From a virus (taxonomy: Duplodnaviria > Heunggongvirae > Uroviricota > Caudoviricetes), in the IMG/VR virus record IMGVR_UViG_2681813269_000007: a DNA stretch of 22,505 nucleotides; one strand, given 5' to 3'. This document shows positions 8,352 through 16,477 of the stretch, piece after piece; the stretch's first letter is position 1; each line of letters starts with the position of its first letter. The notes beneath the pieces were generated by a model. The model made no database searches, had not been told where the DNA came from, and saw only the letters and a program-made list of their open reading frames with translations. The position numbers and the translations under genes were made by a program.

Positions 8352-9164
8352 TTATAAGAAAGCCTCACGCGAACGGAACACCCACTCTAGCTGTACTGGA
8401 TAAATTTCTCCCGTTTTAATATTTATTAGGCGCGCGGCTAATAACTCACCCATAAAAACCTGAGTTTTATGGCTCATATCTGACGGGTTAAAAATAGTAG
8501 GTGATGTTATATCAATATGATTACTGCTTAACCCATTTATCTTTGCTAAATATTCAATTCTAAGGTCTTTTACATTAACATCTTTTGGTATTTGTCCTTT
8601 TATATCAATATCTGCCCATATTGTTTCAGGGTTCCCTTCATTTATTTGTGTACTACCAAAGATAATTTCGGCACCTAAAGTATTTAACACTTCTACATCA
8701 GCAGATATTCCAAAAGCATTAGCACCAACATAGCTTCCATGCTTTGTTATTTCAGAGGAATCGACATGAAAACCATACCATCCAGACATATCTCGAGATG
8801 TTATCACGCTATCACTACCGCTATTCTCAACAAAATCACGGTTAAGATATGTTCCTGAGTATGTGATACTTCTAGGGATAGACAAACCTTGAGATGTTAA
8901 AACGTTGTTGTATGGCGCGTATGTTAATGAGTGAACGACATATCCACGCCATAAACCATCATCTATCTTTGATGCAATAATTCTATTAAATTCCTTACCT
9001 GTGAGTATTTTGCTGCTAAAATCACCAACAGAGTTGATAGGTACTCTTTTTTCTTTTTCGAATTTATACTCAACGTCCGTTGATGCCTTATTATCATATT
9101 GATAAGTGCATCCAGATAATAACAAGATAGAGAGTAATAAAGCTGTTGTTTTTTTGTTACGCAT
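8352..9164 (-). CDS. Lipoprotein of unknown function (AT-rich cargo gene)
   Basis: 270-aa ORF with signal peptide and lipobox (MRNKKTTALLLSILLLSGC). The gene is markedly more AT-rich than its neighbours and has its own AT-rich upstream region. Confidence 0.8.
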   Translation of the reverse strand: MRNKKTTALLLSILLLSGCTYQYDNKASTDVEYKFEKEKRVPINSVGDFSSKILTGKEFNRIIASKIDDGLWRGYVVHSLTYAPYNNVLTSQGLSIPRSITYSGTYLNRDFVENSGSDSVITSRDMSGWYGFHVDSSEITKHGSYVGANAFGISADVEVLNTLGAEIIFGSTQINEGNPETIWADIDIKGQIPKDVNVKDLRIEYLAKINGLSSNHIDITSPTIFNPSDMSHKTQVFMGELLAARLINIKTGEIYPVQLEWVFRSREAFL

Positions 9165-9253
9165 AATATTAACTTAACCTATTTGATTAATAATATGTTA
9201 TTCCATTAAATAAAATATGCCGAGAACGGTTTAACTTGAACAGTCATCACTAT

Positions 9254-9661
9254 TCAATCAACTTTTTTAGCATCAGCCATACGTTTCAACCAGTAATCAA
9301 CAATCGGCTGCTCATCCACAGAATGTTTACCAGGTATAACTCGCCAGCTATCTTGCGAAAATCTGCCGTACTTACGCGGGAATAGGCCTTTCTTTATCTC
9401 CCGCCATGTACTAGGAAAACCATCCACAAAAGTACCAATTAACAGGAGAGGGACAAAAATCAGAGCTACAAACCATCGTGCAAGAAAGTGTTCAACAACA
9501 ACATTTTCACCGTTGTAGTAATACGCATACGCATCCAATATGCGAATTTTCCTTACCTTAAAAATAGCCTTATGCTGAGAACGACTTAACTTGATACGAA
9601 TGTATCCCTTATCCAAAGGGGATTCGTATTTGTATGATTGAACAGCCATTTTTAACCCCAC
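9254..9661 (-). CDS. Small membrane protein of unknown function
   Basis: 135-aa ORF with GGGG-containing RBS and one clear hydrophobic helix (FLARWFVALIFVPLLLIGTFV). Overlaps the upstream ORF by 10 nt. Confidence 0.6.
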   Translation of the reverse strand: MGLKMAVQSYKYESPLDKGYIRIKLSRSQHKAIFKVRKIRILDAYAYYYNGENVVVEHFLARWFVALIFVPLLLIGTFVDGFPSTWREIKKGLFPRKYGRFSQDSWRVIPGKHSVDEQPIVDYWLKRMADAKKVD

Positions 9662-9978
9662 TCACCATCAGCAAACAAAGCGTTATACTCTGACAATGGT
9701 AGACGGTTGCCCTCGATGTAGAGATTCAGTTCATACTTCGTCTCCGGGTTTTCCTTGTCGGCTCGTTCCCAACGCTCAGCAGCCTCACGCGCCAATAATT
9801 CCACTGCTTTCAGATAATCCTCCGTACGGAACCAGCCAAAGATAAGGCCACGATCTGTTACAGCCCAGGCAACCTTTTTTTCTTCCTCCTGGATAGCCTT
9901 AATGCGTCGATCGCATTCATCCCGGCAAAACTGCAGCTGACGGTAATCAAGTTTGTCCAAAAATGCAGTAGTAGACAT
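9652..9978 (-). CDS. Hypothetical protein (first gene of the three-gene cargo block)
   Basis: 108-aa ORF with GGGGAG RBS 7 nt upstream of the ATG. No recognisable motifs. Confidence 0.6.
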   Translation of the reverse strand: MSTTAFLDKLDYRQLQFCRDECDRRIKAIQEEEKKVAWAVTDRGLIFGWFRTEDYLKAVELLAREAAERWERADKENPETKYELNLYIEGNRLPLSEYNALFADGEWG

Positions 9979-10166
9979 ATTTTTACTCCCCGTTCACCGA
10001 AAAATCACGATAGAAACGTTTCCACATACGATAAGTCTGCGCGAGTTGTTCACCACGAAACATCGCCTTCCTGGCCTTCATGTTTTCCTTGTGAGACTTT
10101 CGATCTATGAACCAAAACCATTGCTGGAACACACAAAGCAAGAGACACAAAGATAATATCCACTGA

Positions 10167-13100
10167 TTACCCATAGAAAGCGCCCTGCTCTTCGTAGCTG
10201 CATGGGCTATTCCCGGTAATGTATTCACGTAACCGCCGCAGTTCATTGCTGGATAAGTGATCCATGAACTCTGTGAGGTACAGAGATGCAAACGTCATAG
10301 CTATGCTGGCTGATGACCATGATGACATAGTGGCCAGCTCCTCACCGGAAAGCGCACTCATCGCCCAGGACTCAGGTACAACCACTGGCAACACAGCCAA
10401 AGCCTCAGAAATTACTGAATGAGGGGCGTTTTGAACCTGCTCGTTTGTGGATCGCGTTTTATCATCCATATATATATTGAGATCCAAATCGCGATCCATT
10501 TCGATGGCGGTCTTCTCGGCTTTACGCGTTTTCAGGGTTAGGCCATCTTTCTGACGCTGAGCAAGAATATCCAGCATAAATGCCGCTGATTCAGGCTCAA
10601 CAAAACGCAAGGTTGGACGCTTATCGCCGTCTCTGCCGCGACGTTTACCTGTTTTAAGGCCAAGAGAGTCGCAAATGTTTTTAAACAACGCTTCCGGCAC
10701 TTTAGGCTTCCCTTTTGGCGTCATAAAACCACCAATGTGCAGAACGTTATTCAACAGGTCACGGCGTTCGGCTGTCATGAGGTTATCTCGAGCAAATTTG
10801 AGACGCTCCTGAGTCGCCTCGCCGGTCATAGTCTCAGGGTTGATACCGCAGTCGATAAAGTACTGCCGGAGAGTTGCTGATTTAAGCGCATAGAAACCGC
10901 GCGCCCCGACTTCAACAGTAGGAGTAGCTTTTACCTTGTGATCGATTATTCCAGGGAATTTAGTTTTAAAGACATCATCAGCCTGCTCGCGAGTCATCGC
11001 GGTCACTACAAAATATTGCCACTGTCCCGCCTGACGGTATGCGTAGGTAAAATTGATGGCTGCTTCTTCCCGGTCGTAACGACGAGCTGTTACCTCATCT
11101 AAAAGCATTGTTTCATAGCGGCGAACTTTGTCTCGAGCACCATCGAAATAGAATTTCAGCGTGCCTTCTTCAACCGGTAGTTTCAGTTCGTTTTCAATAT
11201 CCCAGCGGACAAGTTTTGCCTGTTCTTCAAGCGTCAGCGCGCGTTTTTTTAGCAGTTCTTCACGCTCTGATTCTTGTGGAGTTTCTGTATTGAGATGCAG
11301 ATCCAGTGTCTGTTCCCACACAATATCCCGCGCTTCTTTACGCAGCTCTTTACCGATATCATTCGCAGCATAATCGGTGGCCAGCGGCGATACCTTATAA
11401 CCGTCGCTGTGCATGATGCAGATCATGTTGCTGGCGTAGTCGTTACGCGCAGTCGCTTCAATAGCGGCTGCTTTAATTTTCATCCTGGTAAAGTCGGTAT
11501 TGGCCACCCCCATTGATATACGGTCGCCATCGAAAACGACATCCGTCAGTTCACCGTTCATACCTGCGGTAGCAAGCAATGCCTGGGCGAATGCTCGTTC
11601 TATTTTTTGCGGGTCAGTTTCACGTTTTGCACGAGCTTTATCAAAGCCGATAATAAATTCTTTTGCTGTACGGTCGCGGCGTAGCATTTGCACTGCGTCG
11701 CTGGGTACAACTTCACCACAGAACATGCCGAAATGACGGTCAAAATGTTTTTGCTCAATCGACACGCCGGATGAAATAGACGGGCTATAAATCAGGCCGT
11801 CGTATTTTTTGACCATCTTTTTCGGTTGATTGGTAAATGCTTCAACTTCTGGCTCTGGTTTGTTTTTCTGGTTTACACACAGAAATTTCTTACCAGGAAA
11901 ATGCATTCTCAGGGTGGCTGTCACATCTTCTGCAAAGGTGGAGCTGTCGGTGGCCAACATGATTTTTTCGCCATCCGATACAGCTTTCACCACCTCGGTC
12001 ATGATGCGATCTTTTTCTGTATAAAAAACCCGGATTGGCTCACCTGTTTCGCGGTTGCGAACATCAACAGGTAATTCAATTACGTGGATCTGCAGCCATG
12101 CCGGTAAACCTAGTTCTTCACGGCGTTTCATAGCCAGTTCAGCCAGGTCAACCAGCAGATCGTTCGCATCAGCATCCACCATGATTGGGTGTTGTTCCGT
12201 TCTGGCCAGCGCGTCAATTAGCGTATTGAATACAGCCACCGGGTTTTCCATAGCCCGACCGGAAAGAACGGCACGTAGCCCTTGTGTGGCCTCGTCAAAG
12301 CCAAAATAGTCGTGCTGGCGCATCAACGGTTGCCAGCAGTTTTTAACAATCGAGTTTATGCAGATGGTCAGTTTACTGGCGTATGGAGCCATTTCCTGAT
12401 AGCCAGGGTCCTGATAGTGCAGGATATCGGCTTTTACACCTTTTCCTTCTGTCATCATTTCCCACAGGCCACCAATAAGGGAGACACGGTGAGCAACAGA
12501 GATACCACGTTCTGAGCTATGCATTAATGGTCGTAACAATCCTGTAGATTTGCCGGAACCCATACCAGCACGGACGATGACTATCCCTTGTAGTGATTGC
12601 ACGTACTTCAGGACATCATCGGTCATTACCGAAGTTTCAAAACGCTTATAGGTGATATGTTGAGGGCGTTTATTGGGATCAGTTATGCGTTCGCTGAAAG
12701 AGCGCGGAGCCTGGGCAATACGGCACTTTTTATTCAGGCGACGGGCAATGTGGTCTTTTACCGTAGCGCGATAGATATTTTCCAGTCCCATTTCACGCAG
12801 AACGATGCAGAACATGTTAAATAAATCTGACGGACTGTTAGGAACCGGACAGGTTAGCATGCCTATATCCACCGCTCTCAGCAGCTCTTTGGCAAAAGTA
12901 CGACGGTTATCCCGCTTAATTGTCTTCAGGCGGTTGAGCGTCAGAGATAGCAAATCAGTACCGGTTTTCAGGCGGTTTGCTGTTGTAAATAGTTGACGTG
13001 CGGTTTCACGAAGTCCACGTAGTTTGTGCAGGTCGTTGAAGTCACTGCACTCCATTTGCGGATCGTCTTCAAAAGTTGGATAGACGCAGCGGACATCGTT

Positions 13101-14162
13101 GAATTTCGATAAGATTTCATAGCCAGTCCGCAGGCCGGTATTCCCTTTTCCTTCTGTGGCAGATTTCCGGTCATTATCCAGTGCGCAGGTGATTTTTGCC
13201 GCCGGGTACATGTTTACCAGTTGTTCCACAACATGAACCATGTTGTTAGCGGATACAGCGACAACCACAGCGTCAAAGCGTTTATATTTTTTCGTGGCAA
13301 GCCAGATGGATGCACCAGTAGCAAAACCTTCTGTAACAGCGATGTTTTGCGCCCCTTTCAGCTCACCGATAACAAAGCAGGCACCGACGAAATCGCCGCT
13401 GGTTACTGCGCTGGTCTGGTATTTCCCACCTTGTTTGTCGATTCGCTGCCAACCCACAATACGACCATCGTAACGACCGTCCAGGTGAGCCAGAGGGATA
13501 GCCATATATGTGGTTGGCCCCCGGCTCCATTTCGCACTGTCGTGACTGGTCACGCGACGCACATCACATGAACTAAAAACGTCACGAATACCTTTTTTAA
13601 TCGCATATGGCCATGAGCCGTCTTCAGCCGGAGCATGTTCCCACGCGCTGTGGAATGCCAGCCATCCCAGCAAACGTTCATGGTCCATTTGGTTGTTTTT
13701 CAGGTCATTAATTCGTTTTTGTTCTTCACGGCGACGACGTGCTTCGGCCTGACGTTCTATTCTTTCCCGTTCTTCTTCCGGTTGTGCGACCACGGTCGCA
13801 TTATTCCGTTGTTGCTCACGGCGATATTCAGAAAACAGGAAGGAGAAACCGCTCCATGAGCCAGCATCGCTGCCTTTATGGACGAAGTTAATGAACGGGT
13901 AATCAATCCCTTTGCTGTGTTCCAGCCGGGAGTAAATTTCTACGCGTCCTTTCAGGCTCTTTTCGAGAGCTTCTGGAGATGTTTTATTGTATGAAGAGTA
14001 ACGCTCAACTCCCCCGCGAGGGTTGAGTTGGATGTTGTCGGAACAGGCAGGCCAGTTGATACCAGCCATCTGTGCCAGCTCGGTTAGTTCATCCCGTGCT
14101 GCTTCAATTAGCGAGAACGGATCGCTGCCAAAGCGATCCGCATAGAAATCGTTTAATGTCAT
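10167..14162 (-). CDS. repA: Replication protein RepA (multidomain primase-helicase)
   Basis: 1331-aa ORF, close to the roughly 1324 aa I recall for N15 RepA. Walker A GMGSGKST in the central helicase region. Same orientation and position relative to cB as in N15. Confidence 0.92.
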   Translation of the reverse strand: MTLNDFYADRFGSDPFSLIEAARDELTELAQMAGINWPACSDNIQLNPRGGVERYSSYNKTSPEALEKSLKGRVEIYSRLEHSKGIDYPFINFVHKGSDAGSWSGFSFLFSEYRREQQRNNATVVAQPEEERERIERQAEARRRREEQKRINDLKNNQMDHERLLGWLAFHSAWEHAPAEDGSWPYAIKKGIRDVFSSCDVRRVTSHDSAKWSRGPTTYMAIPLAHLDGRYDGRIVGWQRIDKQGGKYQTSAVTSGDFVGACFVIGELKGAQNIAVTEGFATGASIWLATKKYKRFDAVVVAVSANNMVHVVEQLVNMYPAAKITCALDNDRKSATEGKGNTGLRTGYEILSKFNDVRCVYPTFEDDPQMECSDFNDLHKLRGLRETARQLFTTANRLKTGTDLLSLTLNRLKTIKRDNRRTFAKELLRAVDIGMLTCPVPNSPSDLFNMFCIVLREMGLENIYRATVKDHIARRLNKKCRIAQAPRSFSERITDPNKRPQHITYKRFETSVMTDDVLKYVQSLQGIVIVRAGMGSGKSTGLLRPLMHSSERGISVAHRVSLIGGLWEMMTEGKGVKADILHYQDPGYQEMAPYASKLTICINSIVKNCWQPLMRQHDYFGFDEATQGLRAVLSGRAMENPVAVFNTLIDALARTEQHPIMVDADANDLLVDLAELAMKRREELGLPAWLQIHVIELPVDVRNRETGEPIRVFYTEKDRIMTEVVKAVSDGEKIMLATDSSTFAEDVTATLRMHFPGKKFLCVNQKNKPEPEVEAFTNQPKKMVKKYDGLIYSPSISSGVSIEQKHFDRHFGMFCGEVVPSDAVQMLRRDRTAKEFIIGFDKARAKRETDPQKIERAFAQALLATAGMNGELTDVVFDGDRISMGVANTDFTRMKIKAAAIEATARNDYASNMICIMHSDGYKVSPLATDYAANDIGKELRKEARDIVWEQTLDLHLNTETPQESEREELLKKRALTLEEQAKLVRWDIENELKLPVEEGTLKFYFDGARDKVRRYETMLLDEVTARRYDREEAAINFTYAYRQAGQWQYFVVTAMTREQADDVFKTKFPGIIDHKVKATPTVEVGARGFYALKSATLRQYFIDCGINPETMTGEATQERLKFARDNLMTAERRDLLNNVLHIGGFMTPKGKPKVPEALFKNICDSLGLKTGKRRGRDGDKRPTLRFVEPESAAFMLDILAQRQKDGLTLKTRKAEKTAIEMDRDLDLNIYMDDKTRSTNEQVQNAPHSVISEALAVLPVVVPESWAMSALSGEELATMSSWSSASIAMTFASLYLTEFMDHLSSNELRRLREYITGNSPCSYEEQGAFYG
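13783..13802. other. sopC-like centromere palindrome, copy 1 (inside repA coding sequence)
   Basis: TGTGCGACC-AC-GGTCGCATT. Positions 13785-13800 (TGCGACC-AC-GGTCGCA) are a perfect 7+2+7 inverted repeat with the same GACC-AC-GGTC core as the F sopC SopB-binding site. Confidence 0.6.
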
Positions 14163-14284
14163 TTTTTAGCCATTCCATGCGAATTATGTTTTTTCGGGTT
14201 GAAAAAATCCGCAGGAGCAGCCACAATAAACGCATCTTGAATTGACGGAATCCGTCGCGTTACTGTGGCTGCTTCCTGAAAAGG

Positions 14285-14313
14285 ACCCGAGTTTGCCGAC
14301 TCGGGTTTTTTTT
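14285..14313 (+). terminator. Intrinsic terminator on the strand antisense to the repA leader
   Basis: ACCCGAGT-ttgccg-ACTCGGGT followed by T8, on the plus strand 123-151 bp upstream of the repA start codon. A possible -35 TTGAAA lies at about 14200 on the plus strand. Confidence 0.5.
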
Positions 14314-14407
14314 CGTCTTTTTTCTGCTGCTGTAACCTGAGTCAACCCACAGAACATATGCCCTGCATTAAACCAGATTTACAGCAAACAATAAACCCCG
14401 TATTAAG

Positions 14408-15004
14408 TCATCTACCCTCAACCATGAATGATTTGATCGTTCCGACTATTTGGTGAACAAATTCAAGATCGCTTTTCCTGAAGATGGCTCGTTGTGAGTT
14501 TGTTCCATCCAGATAGTAATTTTCATCATCAAAACGGGCCAGGCGCTGGATAGTGATATTTCCTGCAGTATCACGAACCAGAACATCCTCGCCGGGGACC
14601 AGTTCCAGCGCAGAATCGACCAGGAGAAAATCGCCTGGCTGATAGTTTCCCTGCGTAAGATTGCTGATAGTTAACGCATACACAGTATTGCGCTGGCTGA
14701 TGAATGGCAGGAATCGCTCAGTATTTGGAACCTGTCCCGGCTTCCATTCTTCATCAGGCCCACTTTCAGTTGTGCCAATAATAGGAATGCGATCAGGGTC
14801 ATATTCTGTCCCATATAGCACCCAATGCACTGGCTTGCGTAAGCACTTAGCCAGGGCAATACCTATCTCCAGTGACGGCATTACGTCGCCACGTTCTAAG
14901 TTTTGGACGCCTGCTATAGAGATATCGACAGCCTCAGCAACTTCTCGCAACGTCAGCTTCATCTCTAAACGGCGTGCTTTCAGTCGTTCGCCTCGTGTTT
15001 TCAT
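14408..15004 (-). CDS. cB: Prophage repressor CB (CI-like, N-terminal HTH, C-terminal S24-like domain)
   Basis: 198-aa ORF with an XRE-type HTH (LTLREVAEAVDISIAGVQNLERG) and a LexA/CI-like C-terminal fold (GDFLLVD ... ITIQRL). Divergent from cro across an operator region. Confidence 0.85.
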   Translation of the reverse strand: MKTRGERLKARRLEMKLTLREVAEAVDISIAGVQNLERGDVMPSLEIGIALAKCLRKPVHWVLYGTEYDPDRIPIIGTTESGPDEEWKPGQVPNTERFLPFISQRNTVYALTISNLTQGNYQPGDFLLVDSALELVPGEDVLVRDTAGNITIQRLARFDDENYYLDGTNSQRAIFRKSDLEFVHQIVGTIKSFMVEGR

Positions 15005-15026
15005 ACTGTAATCATAAATGATCTTC

Positions 15027-15068
15027 TTATAGCTGGCTATAAAATTTATTTATTATAGCTGGCTTTAA
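15027..15068. promoter_or_regulatory. Paired operators in the cB-cro intergenic region
   Basis: TTATAGC-TG-GCTATAA (15027-15042) and TTATAGC-TG-GCTTTAA (15053-15068) are 26 bp centre to centre, followed by TATAAT at 15084-15089. Confidence 0.6.
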
Positions 15069-15095
15069 TTGTTATTTATTGTTTATAATAACAAC

Positions 15096-15317
15096 ATGAA
15101 ACCAGAAGAACTTATTCGCCACTTTGGCAGTGTTGAAAAAGCAGCGGCAGGGGTAGGTGTAACACCCGGAGCTGTTTACCAATGGTTAACCGCTGGAGAG
15201 ATTCCTTCATTGCGGCAAAGCGATATTGAAGTTCGTACTGCTTACAAGCTGAAGAGTGACTTTACAACTCGGCGGGTAAAGCAGTCGATTAAGGAGAGTC
15301 GTAAGCGTGGAGCTTGA
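15096..15317 (+). CDS. cro: Cro-like repressor
   Basis: 73 aa from ATG 15096 (MKPEELIRHFGSVEKAAAGVGVTPGAVYQWL..., an HTH). The ORF track extends to a TTG at 15069 that lies inside the operator, so the shorter start is preferred. Confidence 0.7.
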   Translation: MKPEELIRHFGSVEKAAAGVGVTPGAVYQWLTAGEIPSLRQSDIEVRTAYKLKSDFTTRRVKQSIKESRKRGA

Positions 15318-16017
15318 GTATATACGCAGCTGCGTCTCTACGGCATTGGCTGATGTTCATTATCGCCAGCGTGGCATTCTGGAGGTCCAGCTTGAGCAGA
15401 TGCGTCTCGGTAGATCAGGACGGTTTAACAATAAACCAGTCCGGTCAATCAGTGTGGGGGATGATAACTCATACGAAGTGTCCGTTCCCGCTGAGCCGGT
15501 TAGATTCCACCAAGGGAAAACATTTAAACAATCATCAATATTGCTCACTGATATTGATTTTCAGAGCGCCAGCTGGCGCAGGGCTATTGGTCAGTTGAAT
15601 AACGAGGAATCAGCCTGGCTTTATTATTGCTACGGATGCAAGCCTGACTACAACAATGATGTGATTGTTTGTCAGTGGTTATGGCTTGATTTTCTGGTTG
15701 CTCATTCTGGGGGCGGCTTTAAAAAAATGAAGGCCTCCACGAAAAAAGCCATGCGGAAATTGATTTATTACGCGGCACAGCAGGTTAAATCAGAACTTAC
15801 GTGTGCTGAGGCAGTTGATGAGAGAGAACAGGACAGGCATCTGAGTTTTCTACTGAATATATCTATTGATAGCTGGAGACAAGATTATAAAGAACGCTGG
15901 CTTTTAATTAAGTCGCGATGTCTGAGCTTAAATCGAACCGCATTATTAAATGCGGCGGAGAAGCGCAGTGAAATCATCAAACGCCATCGGGCAGGAAGTG
16001 CCATTCTGCCTTTGTAA
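15307..16017 (+). CDS. Hypothetical protein in the position of a Q-like late antiterminator
   Basis: 236-aa ORF with GTG start and AAGGAG RBS, overlapping the cro 3' end. Function inferred from gene order only. Confidence 0.35.
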   Translation: MELEYIRSCVSTALADVHYRQRGILEVQLEQMRLGRSGRFNNKPVRSISVGDDNSYEVSVPAEPVRFHQGKTFKQSSILLTDIDFQSASWRRAIGQLNNEESAWLYYCYGCKPDYNNDVIVCQWLWLDFLVAHSGGGFKKMKASTKKAMRKLIYYAAQQVKSELTCAEAVDEREQDRHLSFLLNISIDSWRQDYKERWLLIKSRCLSLNRTALLNAAEKRSEIIKRHRAGSAILPL

Positions 16018-16022
16018 ACAAG

Positions 16023-16270
16023 TTATGTTCAGGAAACCGTCGAAGCCAGAATTAAGGTATTCGGGGGTAAGAAATGAATATGTTATCTGGTGTCCAACTT
16101 GTGGTTACAGGACACGACCAGATAGTAATAAGCAGTCTGTAATTGCCGATTGGTATTTATCAAATCAGCCAGGTAATAAGCATATAGAAAATCTTTGGAT
16201 TAAGCGTTACTTGGAAATCAGCGAGGGTGCGACCACGGTCGCACAAGAAAATGAAAATAACGCCATTTAA
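16023..16270 (+). CDS. Small zinc-ribbon protein (possible Lar-type restriction-alleviation protein)
   Basis: 82 aa from ATG 16023 with a CPTCG motif in YVIWCPTCGYRTRPD. No clear RBS; the start is uncertain and the ORF track offers an alternative at 15950. Confidence 0.35.
16227..16244. other. sopC-like centromere palindrome, copy 2
   Basis: GTGCGACC-AC-GGTCGCAC, a perfect 8+2+8 inverted repeat at the junction of two small ORFs. Confidence 0.6.
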
Positions 16271-16454
16271 GCAGGGGCCGATGACGCATGATGAAGCAGA
16301 GCGTCTTTCAGATACTTATCGGCGGCGTGGTAAGAAAGTTCTGGTTGTTCGTTCTGATTTTTTAGGTGATGGATATTGCGTTTATGTTCATTTACCTGAA
16401 TCAGAAAGAACGCCAAAACCATCCAGAACATATCAACAGAAAATTTGGGTATAG
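16251..16454 (+). CDS. Hypothetical small protein (start uncertain)
   Basis: ORF open from 16227; the first ATG is at 16251. No strong RBS. Kept for continuity of the early-gene block. Confidence 0.3.
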   Translation: MKITPFKQGPMTHDEAERLSDTYRRRGKKVLVVRSDFLGDGYCVYVHLPESERTPKPSRTYQQKIWV

Positions 16455-16477
16455 ATAAACGTTGAGGAGAATTATTC

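Noticed and set aside
11108-13859. Numerous 60-116-aa ORFs on the plus strand inside repA (for example 11108-11293, 11500-11736, 12055-12309, 13221-13571)
   Set aside because: They lie antisense to a long, well-supported 1331-aa gene, lack ribosome-binding sites, and have low-complexity Ser/Arg-rich translations typical of shadow frames.
15950-16022. Longer form of the zinc-ribbon ORF starting at 15950 inside the upstream gene
   Set aside because: It would overlap the preceding ORF by 68 nt in another frame with no RBS. The shorter 16023 start is preferred, though it is itself poorly supported.
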